Assembly: GCA_047495785.1 (NCBI GenBank)
Contig: JBLDXI010000010.1
Coordinates: 1,798,001-1,862,000 of the forward strand
Direction: 5' to 3'
DNA length: 64,000 nucleotides
From: Lepidodermella squamata
Taxonomy: Eukaryota > Animalia > Gastrotricha
Shown: positions 25,174 through 37,330 of the stretch, piece by piece
Layout: the number at the start of each line of letters is the position of its first letter
How positions within the stretch are numbered: the first letter of the stretch is position 1
Made by a program: the position numbers and the translations under genes
Notes under the pieces: model-generated
The model's input: only the letters and a program-made list of their open reading frames with translations
Database searches by the model: none
Told to the model about the DNA's origin: nothing

Positions 25174-26110
25174 CTAAAGAAATTCACTGGGGACATTTTC
25201 AGCTAGGTATTTGTCGAATTCTGCTTCGAGTTTCGCGTCGGTGAAATGCGACTTCCAACCACCTGATTCGCCCTTCCTAACAAGATTTTCGCCCTGTTTC
25301 CAGATACCTTCTTTCCGCCAGATGGCTCCGTTCACATCGCTATTCTCCTTCATAGCTCCGAATGAAGTTGCATCGACGATTCTCTCCACGAGCTCGGAAT
25401 CAAAGCTTTCGCCCAAAAACTTGCCGATGCGACAAATTTCCTTCCTAATGTCAGTTTTCAAATCTTCATATCGAACCAACAGCATTGAATCAGGGTGTTC
25501 TTTCAGCGCTTTCGAAACGTCATTCAGATGGTTAGGGAAAGGTCCCCACATCGATTCGCCTCGCATGAAGAGACGTACGAAATCTTCGAATGGTTTGTCA
25601 TACGGCCAGCCAGTTATATTCTTATAATGGAAATAGGTTGAAACAACGACGTCTTTCGGGTTTCGAAAGACGTAAATCACTTTTGCGTGACTATGCGCGC
25701 GTTTCGGGTAGAGACACGGCGGCAGGTGCGTTGTTAGGACTCTTGGAGATGGAATTTCGCTCAGCCGTTTAAGAGTCGTCGCAGAGTTCGGGGCTTCTAA
25801 AATAGGCTTCTGTAGCAATTCCGGAATTTTTCCGAAGTTCTTTGTTTTCAGGAGGTAGGCTATGTAGAACACCCAGTGAGTGCCTAGGCGAAAACAATAT
25901 AAAAATATTAGTTAAAAAAATGAACTTGGGAAACAGACCAGCTTTTGGGAAGGTAGACACCAAAACATCGCCTTCTTCGAAGTTGAAATTATAGATTTCC
26001 GGCCAATGGATTGGTACGGTGACTGGTAGGTAAAAAACATGGAATCGAGCTAGGGGAATGCCCTCAGATACATCACTCAATAGGTCGAAAACTTTGGGAT
26101 CGTCCGACAT
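25174..26110 (-). CDS. Cytosolic sulfotransferase (SULT family), 2 exons
   Basis: 5'PSB TFPKAG|THW, catalytic THL, 3'PB RNPKDVVVSTY, RKGESGGWK motif. Confidence 0.93.
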
Positions 26111-26266
26111 AACGGGTACAAAATAGGATTCTGAGAGAAAGAGCTAGGAGCTAACAAAAAAGAAACGCGTCAGATAAACTTGTGGTAAACTTAAGGATAA
26201 CAGAAACGGAGATAACACACCATGAAAATCCCGATAAGAGATAAGAAACAGAATAACTGGGGCGGA

Positions 26267-27648
26267 TCATATGTGGAAGCCGATGTCTTCACAAAAGACT
26301 TTGGAAGAGTTTCCATCTAATTCACCGGAATAGCTGTAGTAGTCTTGAAAAACGAGACCGAAATAGACGCTACAAACTGCCGTAATCATCAGCAGCATAA
26401 GACAGAAGACAATTGCATCAAATATACGCGCGACTGGTACGACAAATCTACGGAATAACTTCACATTTTCTTTACCCCGTTTTGATTTCGTGAAAACGCT
26501 AATCAGAAGAGCGTAGAGCGTTAACAACCCGCCCATAATAATGAGTATCTCCAAAATCAAGACTAAATAGATTCTTCGAGAAGTTCTTGGGATTTGTTCG
26601 AAAACGATTGTCAACATAACGGAGAAAGTAAGAACACCAGATAAGCAGTACATAGGCCTTTCCTGATTTCCTGGTTCAAGAATTATCGAGCCCAACTGAA
26701 TCACACACATTACGACTAAAGGAAGCAAAATGTTGCCTATGTAGTAGTGGAACTTTCGTTTGAATGAGAAAGAAAGAGTAGCATGTGCAAAGTTCGAAGG
26801 TGTGGCGTAACGAGTGCAACTAAACAATTCAGGCAGAAATTCCCAGATTTCTGAGTCAGACAGAATTTTAGAATTATTCAAATAACGAAATGTCACAGTT
26901 TTGAATGAAACGTAACCAAGCCAGAATTTTGGTTCTAGCTCAATTTTACACGTCAGCCGGTCGAAAGGGAACAGATTGAGGCTTTCACTCTCGCAATATG
27001 TTTCAACAATCCTAGCATCACTTATTTGTCCATAGACAGGACGGGCGTTTGCTTTGTAGAAAATTTCTTTCGCTTCTTTCGAAATGAGGTTAATTTCGTT
27101 GACACTGTTCATGTGTTGGATTTTCGGGGTCCAAGACCGTAGAATGTCACTTGCGACCCAAATGTCGTAGATCCAGCGGGTTGAGAAAGGAACGAGGTGA
27201 TTGCTAACATTAAGTGACCGGCAGTTTACGCCTGGGAAGTACCAATAGACCCTCAGGGCCGCAAAAACTGAAACACTGAAAAAGCAAGACATGTTATTCT
27301 CTTAGGATCTTCGATATCATCCACCTTTCACGAAACTGGGTACATTTCTTATTCCTTTTACCTTTCTTTTAGGTCATTTATTTCAATGACATGTTGCAAA
27401 TTGACATCGACTGCTATCTGAATGGGCAGATCTCCATACTTGCCCTGTTGAATCAACTCCAAATGTAGATGCCGCTCTCTCGCCAGCGGACATGAAGTAT
27501 TGAAAAAGTAATTAGCCATTTTTGTGGACTTGCTCGAGTACTCATCTTCAAAACTGTCCGGTACCTCCAACTCTCTGGAGGTATCAAGAGCTTTAGCCGC
27601 TAATGAAGCACTGATAAAAAACAGGATTATTTTACTGATGAAAATCAT
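26267..27648 (-). CDS. Divergent Cys-loop channel subunit (pLGIC-D), 2 exons (intron 27276-27361)
   Basis: WTPKIQHMN, C-ESESLNLFPFDRLT-C, FKRKFHYY, M2 QERPMYCLSGVLTF, four TM. Confidence 0.92.
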
Positions 27649-27713
27649 TATCCTAAAAATCTTTCTCTGACATTCATTCAATTTTGAAGAGAATAATTAT
27701 TATGTTAATTTTT

Positions 27714-29027
27714 TTATGACATCATCAAAACGAGATACACAGTGCATGAGGATATTTCGTACGCAGCAAAGAAAGCGAGAAAAATCAGATCGATGAAGCG
27801 AACGTTAGTCAGATACCAATCGGCAGCCAAGCGGCGCTGCTGCTGACCCCATTCCGAGTACGCAATGTCGCAAGACAGCAATGAATATATCGACATGATT
27901 ACGTTCGCAATAATTTGTAATGATAACAATAAATTTATGTATATTAAATCTCCGCTTTGAGGGGTTTTATCGAAAATGCAGGTAGATAGAATAGTTGAGG
28001 CGACAAGGAGAGTAATGCAGTAGATCGGCCTATCTGTATTCCCAGGACCTAGAATAATTGTCCCAAATTGAAGTAATACAACACAGCAAATCGGTATGAA
28101 AATATTCGATACGTAACCACTAGATTTCCTTTGAAATGAAAAGCTGAGACGAACGTGGTCAAATTTAGGTTTTTGTAGCGTAACTGATTTGGTAGTGTTC
28201 AGCGATTTCGGCAGAAAATTCCAGATGGATGAGGTTGAAATAATTGTTTCTTCAGGCTGTTGAGCGTAGAAGGTTATTGTACTGATTGAAACATAAGCTA
28301 GCCAATCTTTCGGCTGAATTTCAATGCCACAGTCAACTTGATCGAAGGGGAAGTAGCTGAAGTCGAATTTGCAACTTGTCTCAATGATTTTGGCCTCTGA
28401 TAGATAGCCATGGACTGGCTCGCCGCTCGCTTTGAAGTAAATTTCTTTGATTCCAGGAGTTACGAGGTCGATTTCTTTGAGTGAATTGACATGCTCGAAT
28501 CGCGGGTACCAGGCCTTTGTCGAGTCTGTAGGGATCCAAACCGGATAGCCACGTTCGTTATTAAGGCCGAGGTAGTCATAGTTATCAAGGCCTTTGCAGG
28601 AGATTTTAGGCAGGTACCAATAGATGTAAACAGTTGCTAACATAGAGGCACTGCAAGAAAATTGTGCTCATAAGAATTTGATTTTAGCTGAAATTCACCT
28701 GAATTTCGACTCGCTGATTTCAATGATGCGATTTAGAATGATCCTCAGGTCTGTTTTAATGGGCAAGTCGGAGAATTTTCGTCTCTGAACTAGTTCGAGA
28801 TCAAGATGTAGCTCGGACGCCAGAGGGCAGGATGCATTGAAGAACTGATGTGCAACTTCTTTTGTGTAGCTCTTGTTATCGTAGCCGAACTCGTTATCCT
28901 GGATGTAGGCACCGTTTTTCACTACTGATGAAACAATCGAATAGCCAATGCTTAAAGTGGGAGCAATTTTAGCCTGAGCCAACACCAGTGAAGACAGAAC
29001 TAATAGATTTATGATTATTGTACTCAT
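27714..29027 (-). CDS. Divergent Cys-loop channel subunit (pLGIC-E), 2 exons
   Basis: WYPRFEHVN, C-KFDFSYFPFDQVD-C, FQRK, M2 TDRPIYCITLLVA; same phase-2 intron position as its paralogs. Confidence 0.92.
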
Positions 29028-29291
29028 TGTAGCGACAAAAAGTGAACAATCCTGAATTTTAAGCAGCCATAAGTAATGGGGGAAAGATCATCGATTTTTA
29101 AACCTCTTATTCCCTGACTAATTAGGAGCGACCAGTTCGTCATATTGACCTAGCTAGAACTCCTATGAGACCTACATGTTCCTATTGTTAGTGCTACGTC
29201 ACTCAGAAATGCAAAAAGGCAGCATTTTCATTTTTTAGATTTTATTCATTAGTAGCTCAGCTAGCACCAGGACGGTCAGCTAATGTTCGAA

Positions 29292-30283
29292 CTAGAAAGG
29301 GCCGAATACATAGCCAACATTTTCGGCACTGAAGAACGAGTTGGAAAAATCAGCTTGAACAGAGACGTTATGAACTTCAGCGAAAGTAGGAAACATTATG
29401 CTAGAAATGCTGTAAGAATTACTTCTAAGAGGTAGCGAATAACTCCACCAGTGTTTCAGAGCTCGAAAGGCTAGATAAGGAAATGACTCTGCCAGTTTTG
29501 TGGCAATTACTGAGTTGCGTCCACAGAAATTGTCCGACGAATTGGCAGCCAAGAGTCTAACATGCGACACTCTGGTTACCTCAAACCCAGCATAAGATAG
29601 GACTAAAGATGGATATATCTGAACGTCAGCATCATTCACAAAATTCAGTTTGGCGAAACGGTTCATTTTCGAGTTAGAACCACGTTTTTCACTCACGAAA
29701 GAAACGTCTAGATTTTCGATTCGGATAACAGCTTCTTCACGTTGGTTCACTGGGTAGATTTTCAAATCAGTATCGTCATTTCTAGATCTCCGAAATTTTT
29801 CCATTCTTCCGCAAGAATGGTGCTTCATCCTGAGACGAATTTCTTTAACGTGCAGCTGTTGAGTGAAAAGGAGGGGAGATGTACTCAAGCCGGGTTTAAA
29901 CGGCTTGCCACAAAGTTTAACCTTGTACTGCTTCGGGATAGTTATCTGGCCTATGACGATGGGTTTGTTCAAGATTTGATAGAAAATCGACCGGCGAAGA
30001 TCGACAGCGTAGTCAAAAGGGAAAGTTTGAGATTCGATTTTGAGGCATGGATTGAGCCAGATCAGCAGAAAGATAACCAGAATCAAGGGAATCAGGCATA
30101 GAAGGATTAACAGAACATAAGTTGATGTCTTTAAACCTATAAAATAGAAAATAATTATGGTGAAAAAAGTAGAACTGGCGCCATACCTTTCAGAAAAGCT
30201 GCAAGCCTTAATATTCGGGTTTTCACGCGATTCCGCGCATTGAAAATTGCTGTATAAGGCCCAACTTGTCGTGCTCTATTCAT
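29292..30283 (-). CDS. Orphan type II membrane protein, short paralog of 47785-50135, 2 exons
   Basis: TM followed by NPC; shares LxFVxDAxxQ..SYxxFE..NFCGxxSVIA..RAxxHWxSYSxP with the long paralog. Confidence 0.72.
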
Positions 30284-30734
30284 GAAGATTCTATGTCGAT
30301 TTTTCTATTCGCATTTTCATTGTGCCAGTAATTTTTTATTGTTGAAAAGATACATTCGCACTGTAAATGGCTCGATTCTTGGTGCGAAAATGACCGATAA
30401 ATGTCGCCCCTCAGGGATGGGTGATTTGCATATTACACACTGATTACTTGCGGCTAGCGACGCACACAAAAATCGAGCAGTTTAATGCATGTATTGATTA
30501 ACTGCGTGTTTTTATTGTCGAAAGTTATGCCTATCAGCAGTGCAATCACGCTCATTTTATTTTGAGCGATCATCATGACAGCTGATTGAATCAAAGCTCA
30601 CGACATTACTTTTAGAAAACATATCGAATACATAAGGACTATAACATGACGGATTGTTTTTTCCTAAAAGGAGTTCTCCCAGCCGCCCACTAGGCCCGAG
30701 GTGTCTGGCAGATGGCTGGCCACAAATGCGGGAT

Positions 30735-31832
30735 CTAAGAGGCGCTAGCAGTAAAATAAGCTACGTTAACAGCTAGAATGAAAAGGAGCACTAGCAAGAA
30801 AACAATGCCATCAAGAGCATGGATAAATCTGACATTGGATATCCTGCAGAAGCGGACCTTTCGGGAAAAGTAAACCGTCTCTGTGGCGAGTCGGCAAGAT
30901 ATCAAACACCAGAGTGCGACAAAAACCGACGCTCCATAGTGGCAGCCGAGGTAAACCTCCATGTTCAACCTCGTCGAAGTTTTCGGGATCGAAGAGTAGA
31001 AAACGCCCTGGAAGAATACATAAGCCAAGAAAACAGTGACAGCAAACGAAGACCGGTCTGGTAAGTCGGCTGGAAGGGCTAGAGTTCCTAACATCATGGC
31101 AGCCAGCAGAAAGGTCGGAATAAAGAACAGACCGAAATAGTAGCCAGCCTTCCGCCTCATGTTGAAGACGAAGATAACAGTATCCATGGCATTGTCGACA
31201 ATGGTTTCGTGACTCATCAATTCCCAAATGTCAGCATCGTTCTTGAGAGTGAGAACAGTTGGCATTGTTGAGTATTGCGTATATACGAATGGCTTATTCT
31301 CTTGATTGAAGCCTTGATATCCAGATATTTGTATTAAGCAGCGCTGGGCGTCGAATGGGAACTTCGCGTGATTCAAGTGGCAGGAGGTATCGATCACGCC
31401 TTTGGCAGACCAATGGGCTGTACCTTTCTCTGATACCATGACATCGCTGCTTGATTCTGAGAATAGCTGAGAGGAACTGCCAACTTGATTCCAAATATTG
31501 ATAGTTGGCTTCCAGATTGAATCTTTTGCATACCAGCATTCTTTCGGTCTATTCTCACTCGAGTTCGATTTCCACATAGCACAGGCTGGTAGAGGCCATT
31601 CGAAAACGAGCGTTGCCTGCAAGGAGAACTGCTGTGCGATGTCGTCGATGCCAAGGAATGAGAAAGGTAGTAGCTTAACCGTCAAATTCACGGCCTCTTT
31701 GCTTGGCTTGGCGAATTTCGACGATAGGTACTCACAGTTCGACGCCATTTCCCTGCAAAATGCATCGCTTGCTAAGCTCTGGTGTTTCACAATCGTTAGC
31801 AGTGTGATGGAGACAATTTGAAATTCGAACAT
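30735..31832 (-). CDS. Intronless Cys-loop channel subunit (pLGIC-F)
   Basis: FLGIDD, WKPTINIWN, C-HLNHAKFPFDAQR-C, MRRKAGYY, M2 PDRSSFAVTVFLA. Confidence 0.93.
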   Translation of the reverse strand: MFEFQIVSITLLTIVKHQSLASDAFCREMASNCEYLSSKFAKPSKEAVNLTVKLLPFSFLGIDDIAQQFSLQATLVFEWPLPACAMWKSNSSENRPKECWYAKDSIWKPTINIWNQVGSSSQLFSESSSDVMVSEKGTAHWSAKGVIDTSCHLNHAKFPFDAQRCLIQISGYQGFNQENKPFVYTQYSTMPTVLTLKNDADIWELMSHETIVDNAMDTVIFVFNMRRKAGYYFGLFFIPTFLLAAMMLGTLALPADLPDRSSFAVTVFLAYVFFQGVFYSSIPKTSTRLNMEVYLGCHYGASVFVALWCLISCRLATETVYFSRKVRFCRISNVRFIHALDGIVFLLVLLFILAVNVAYFTASAS

Positions 31833-32088
31833 TGTAGGAAATATATAAATGCTCTTCATGAAGGAATCACTCAAATTAAAATATCAACTGCGAATGCAAT
31901 TGTGTTCGATGAAACAATATTTACTCTGAACTCGATATCCGGGATCAATATCACTGTGAAAAGTAGGAATTTTCCTAACTCCTCGCTTGAAATTATAACA
32001 CAGTTTTTTATTCGTACCGTTGTTTGCGCAAGAAAATACCAGAATGCCGCATTGTCCAGCATATTATTCGATGCTGAATGATTATCAT

Positions 32089-33177
32089 TCACGATACTAT
32101 AGCTTTGAAATAGACAATGTTAACGACCAGAATGAAAGAGAAAACAAGTAGAAATATCAAACAATCAGCAAGATTGATAACTTTAACATTTGAAAATCTG
32201 CCGATGTTGATCTTCTTCCCAAAGAACATAGTTTCAGTAGCCAAACGGCATGAGAGCAGGCACCAGAGGGCCATGAATACGGACGCTCCATAGTGACAGC
32301 CAAGGTACACAAGCATATAGAGCCTTGTCGAAGTTTTCGGGATTGAAGAGTAGAAAACGCCTTGGAAGAAGACAAAAGCCAGAAAAACTGTCACAGCAAA
32401 CGACGACCGGTCAGGCATTTCAGCTGGCAATCCTAATGTCCCAAGCATCATAATAGCCAATAGAAAGGTCGGGACGAAAAACAAGCCGAAATAGTACTCG
32501 GATTTTCGTCTAACTGTGAAGACGAAATTAACGCTGTTCATTCCATTATTGATCACTGTTTCAGAAGTGATCAACTCCCAGATGTCAGCGTCATTTTTGA
32601 AGGCATAAATGTAGTCAGGGATTTTGGTATTTTCTGTGAAAATGAATGGTTTATCAAGGTTGAAGCCTTGATAGCCTGATATTGTTATCGAACAGCGCTG
32701 GGTATCGAATGGGAATTTAGCGTGGTTTAGGTTACAAGTTGTATCGATTACGCCTTTGGCTGACCAATGGGCTTGCCCGTCGTTTGTTACAACGACATCG
32801 CTACTCCATTCTGAGAAAAGCTGGGCTGAACTTCCGACAAGGTTCCAAATATCAACGACTGGCTTCCATATGTAATCTTTGTAGTACCAACACTCGGTTG
32901 GTTTGCTTTCGCTCACATTCGATTCCCACATTGCACAATCTGGTAAGGGCCACTCGAAGATGAACATAGCTTGTAAAGAAAAAGTTTGGGCTATGTCGTC
33001 GATGCCTAGGAATGAGAATGGTGATAGCGTGACCGTCAAATTCACTGGGCCCGTGCTCGGCTTGGCGAATTTCGATGTCAAGAATTCGCAGTCAGATGCC
33101 AGCTTTCGACAAAATGCATCGCTAGTAGAAACTTCGTGGCCCGAGATTATAAGCAGGAATATACAAATTATTAACAT
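32089..33177 (-). CDS. Intronless Cys-loop channel subunit (pLGIC-G)
   Basis: Close paralog of F and H; C-NLNHAKFPFDTQR-C, VRRKSEYY, four TM. Confidence 0.93.
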   Translation of the reverse strand: MLIICIFLLIISGHEVSTSDAFCRKLASDCEFLTSKFAKPSTGPVNLTVTLSPFSFLGIDDIAQTFSLQAMFIFEWPLPDCAMWESNVSESKPTECWYYKDYIWKPVVDIWNLVGSSAQLFSEWSSDVVVTNDGQAHWSAKGVIDTTCNLNHAKFPFDTQRCSITISGYQGFNLDKPFIFTENTKIPDYIYAFKNDADIWELITSETVINNGMNSVNFVFTVRRKSEYYFGLFFVPTFLLAIMMLGTLGLPAEMPDRSSFAVTVFLAFVFFQGVFYSSIPKTSTRLYMLVYLGCHYGASVFMALWCLLSCRLATETMFFGKKINIGRFSNVKVINLADCLIFLLVFSFILVVNIVYFKAIVS

Positions 33178-34009
33178 TTCTAATTTTGAATGAGCTTTTG
33201 TTGCTACACGCAGATGTCTAACTGGAAAAAAACCATTATCGCAAATAAAATATTAACGTGGAAAGTAATTTTCCACACACGCATAATTTTAATTGTTGGC
33301 CAATATTATAATTCTAGTAGTGTATTCTGATTTGACTTTTGAATTGTACAACTGGGAACATGCGAACTGAGAACTGAGACCGTTCCACCGTATTAGCTGA
33401 CCCTTAACACCACTCTATGCTTAACACAATCGTGACGTGCATTCAATGATACTAAGGATGCGATACACAGCAGAGAATTCAGGTACATGTACTCGTTTTT
33501 TCAGCCAGATGATAGTAGTAGCAATTATTTCATGAAATAATTGAAAATCAACATAAATGTTCTATTTCGAAATATTTGAGAATACTATTTGATTACTTGG
33601 CAAACGTTGATGGAACTTTCACACGGTGAATCCATATAGATTTTTATTGTGAGGTTCAATTTCTATACTATTATTTTCAAGATACCGGTCGATCTAATGT
33701 CCGACATGTCTCTCTTTCTGGAGTAATGCGGTTTGAAGTTCGCTTCAAATTCTCTACGCCAAACAAATAAATCAATAATAAATAAAATAAATAACGTTGC
33801 GCCCTAATGAAAGATACATTTGCGATATTTTTTTCAGGTTCTGTATCATGTTTTGAATGTTCTGTTTCAGCATATCCTGAACGTTATTTGAAGCCGAAGC
33901 ATCCGACTTCTTTTTTCATGCCTAATAATCATCGACTCCATCATCCATCTAACATCTAATTTATTGTTACTCATTGTACCTCAATTGTAAAATAAATCCA
34001 CCTGTGAAA

Positions 34010-34220
34010 ATGTTGACCTGTAAGCTGCTAATTTTAGTCCACCAGAATTTACAATTATTCGATTATAATAGCGATTCTTTTTATCATAAGCCTGGAATAA
34101 TTATGAATCAGCGGTGGCAATATTAGTCAATAATTTGTACTTAAGTTGTTGTTCAATGCTTTTAAAGCGTAAGACAGTAGCCAAAGCTACGAGACCGCTG
34201 GCGAGACAAGTAGCCGACTA
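34010..34220 (-). pseudogene. 3' remnant of a third LDLa3-CCP gene copy
   Basis: Matches the last codons (GYCLTL*) and downstream flank of the copies at 35281 and 39176. Confidence 0.7.
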
Positions 34221-35280
34221 ACAATATGTCGTGCAGACATGATGACATGTTTCCAGGATTCTTGCGTGAGCAGCATGTTGCGACGCTCCTATACTTCACT
34301 CCTATGTATTTTGTCACCATCAGTTATTTGAAAGGCTCATCCTATCAGGTTTTTTGAAGGTCCTGCTTGTGAGCTCTATATTATGATCAAAATACATGCA
34401 TGTATAACAATGGAATCCACTGATTGCATCTTCACGCTAGGACATGATCAGAACTCCCCAGCTCCACCACATAGCGATTGATCTGTAGATACCTCACAGC
34501 CGTAGTACCGCAACATTACACCGCATTAGCAGCCGACCCAAGCCTGGCATACAGCGTCCTTGTCGGTCAATTCAGTATCGCAGACGCAATCAACTCGCCC
34601 GGCCTGGGTTGCGCTAGCGGCCCGGTTGCCGCTGAAAACTGCCACAATTCAAGCCGGCCCGCAGCCGGTTCGCAGTTCGAACTGCTTGGTTATTAGTCGT
34701 AATTAGTGTTTCTCATTTGATCTTGTAACATGCTTGCTCTATTTATGTTCAGTTACATTTCATAGGAAAGTAAGTATACTTTACTTATTACCTACATGTT
34801 GCACTGCTCTAGTAGCATGCAAGAGAAATAAAGTAACTGTTTGTCAGTTGACCAGCTCCAATGCTTCAAAACTTCTCTTTGGATACACACTGGAGGGTGG
34901 TAAGAACCGAAGTGCATTGATGAGTGCTTCACCTGCGCTGTGCGATTTGAACGGAAATTAGGCAACACTTAAGGCATCGATTACGCATCGATAGGGCATC
35001 CAAAATGTACAATTATTCAATATTGAATTCTACAATCGAGAAGCTCAAGTTTAAGAAGCGCGTGGAAGATTTGAATGCTAACTTCTCATCATTTGCTGTC
35101 GAAAACCATGTGAAATTTGTGTTGCAACGTGAGCTAATTTTGACGTGTAAGCTGCTAAAACCGGATTTTATTCTACAATCTACAATTATTCGAGTATAAC
35201 AGCGATTCTACTTATCAGTCTGGAATAATTATGGATTAACAGTGGCAATATTGGTCAATTAGTTGTGAAATCGAATGCTC

Positions 35281-36116
35281 TTAAAGCACAGCACAGTAGC
35301 CAAAACGACGAGACCAGCCGCTGGCGAGACAAGTGGCCGACTTCTCACCTATCCAAACGCCACGCGAGCAGCCAACGACAAACAGCGTCTCGCCGATGCG
35401 AGCTCCCATGGTCATGTCGGAAATCTTGCGGCCGCCAACTGTGGTCACCGTGCCGTAGCCAGAGCCAGTAAATGTCAGCGTGCAGTCTGATCCGCCAGCT
35501 GGGCAACCGGCCTCGTCCGAACCATCAAAGCAATCTTCCTCGCCGTCGCATTGAAATGTACCTGTTCCATAATAAATATCGATACAATGCTGGGTGGTGA
35601 AAAGAAATTCGATGATACCTGGGAGGCACGTTCCAGTGGTACGACATCTAAAAGCAGTGGCAGCGCAGGTGGGGCAAGAAAGTTCGTCAGCGCGGTCTCC
35701 GCAGTCGTTGTAACCATTGCAACGGAAGCTGAAAAATCACCACCTACAGTTATAGCATTCAGTCTTTCAATATTATATTACGTGTATGGGATACATCTGC
35801 CGTTGCCACAACTGTAGGAATTCCCTTTACAGTACTGTTAAGAAACGATTGTAGAGAGAAGCTTCTTTTATGATGAATCCTACCGAGCAGCCGCGTTCGT
35901 CTGAATAGTCGCCACAATCGTTATCGCCATCGCAGACGTACCTTGATAGCAAATAATCATGATCTAATCTAAAAACTTAGTTGTTGAGACTTACGAGGAG
36001 TTTATGCAAGCTGAATTTGTGCATTTTGACTGGCCTCGTAAGCATTCGAGTGCCGTGGCTTGGTAGATTGAAACCGTAGCCAAAAGGGTACAGCCGAGAA
36101 TCAAACCGTTGAACAT
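35281..36116 (-). CDS. Small secreted protein: signal peptide + 3 LDL-receptor class A repeats + CCP/sushi-like domain (copy 1, 5 exons)
   Basis: Spliced translation: MFNGLILG..CLRGQSKCTNSACINSS|YVCDGDNDCGDYSDERGCS|YCKGNSYSCGNGRCIPY|FRCNGYNDCGDRADELSC..CLP|GTFQCDGEEDCFDGSDEAGC..ATCLASGWSRRFGYC. TATAAAA lies ~85 bp upstream. Confidence 0.88.
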
Positions 36117-36229
36117 TTTTGGAAAGTTGAAGCTAAACTTGAGTTTTTAGATAAAGCTTGCCGATGGAATGGAGAAAATGTAGCTTTTCAGGTTGCTTTT
36201 ATAGCCAACTGATTTGGTGCTCGACATGC

Positions 36230-36735
36230 TTGTCGACATTTGGCACGATGTTTCCTATACATTACATGTCATAATGACTCTAAATATCGACATCGAAAAT
36301 GAATCATCTGAAATTAGCTTCCGTTTCTTTTGTTTCCTTGCTTGATGATAGGGATTGCCAGCAAAAGTCATTAAACTGCACTCACGACAATAGACTACCC
36401 CTTGTTGACATCAGAATTACCTTTTATGAAAAGACTACGGGAAAGCTCGTTATGAAGCTTGGTTAGGATTAATTGTCGTCAAATGAATTACTATTCGCTA
36501 GGCATGATTCACGACTTTCTTTTTAACATTACATGCCATTGTGACTTTATATATCAACATCGACAAAGAAACAACTCAAATTAGCTTCCAGTTTTTTTTA
36601 AGATTGAAGAAAGTCATTAAACCTCGCTCACAACCACTCTGATAAGACTACGCCATTATGACTTCAAAATGACTTCGAAATGACTACCCGAAAGCGTCAA
36701 AATTGAATCACGGCGATGATTAATTGTCGTCAAAC
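36230..36735. repeat. Degenerate ~210-270 bp tandem repeat units (also ~37420-37700, ~40200-40790, ~41470-41700)
   Basis: Recurrent motifs ATATCGACATCGAAAATGAATCA..TTAGCTTCC and GATTAATTGTCGTCAAA. Confidence 0.65.
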
Positions 36736-36769
36736 ATCGTATGCAGATTTAGGTAACCTTACCCTATGG

Positions 36770-37330
36770 AAACTTGGAAGCCGTTTTCAAAGATGGTTCA
36801 AAAGACCTTATCGGGAACTATCGTCCTTCTTCGTTCTATTATGTTCGTACTCCATCGAACGCTGCGTTTCTCTTCAAATAGAGAATTATCTCAAAATATT
36901 GATTTTTATTTTGCCATTAAATTTTATAATCAGTAAGCAGAGAGCAAAGTGATCTAAAATTGGATTATTTTGAATTCAAATCACCACTCTACCAAAACTT
37001 GTCTAGCTAAAATGACACACGACTGGCGTTGCTCTCTTGACAAAGGTTCAGCAATGGCGATTTTAGGATTGATATGATTAAGTCATTGTCACCTTAACCC
37101 CGCCTGGTATTGCGTCCTCTTCATGTAGCGTACGACCAGGCGGCTATCGAATTTTTACCCAGCTGTCTTTTCTACCGTCAACAGTTGACAAAAGTAAACC
37201 AGCAAATGTCGAATACAGCTGATCTGAAGTATGAAGTGCCACATGGCTCTGTATTAGGACCTTTACTGTTCACAATTTATGTAAACGAATTGCTATTTTC
37301 ATCACGAATCACGTTATTGCACTTATGCCG
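36770..37330 (+). mobile_element. Decayed non-LTR retrotransposon (LINE) reverse transcriptase fragment
   Basis: EVPHGSVLGPLLFTIYVNEL matches the GVPQGSVLGPLLFxIYxNDL motif; frameshifts and stops upstream. Confidence 0.8.
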
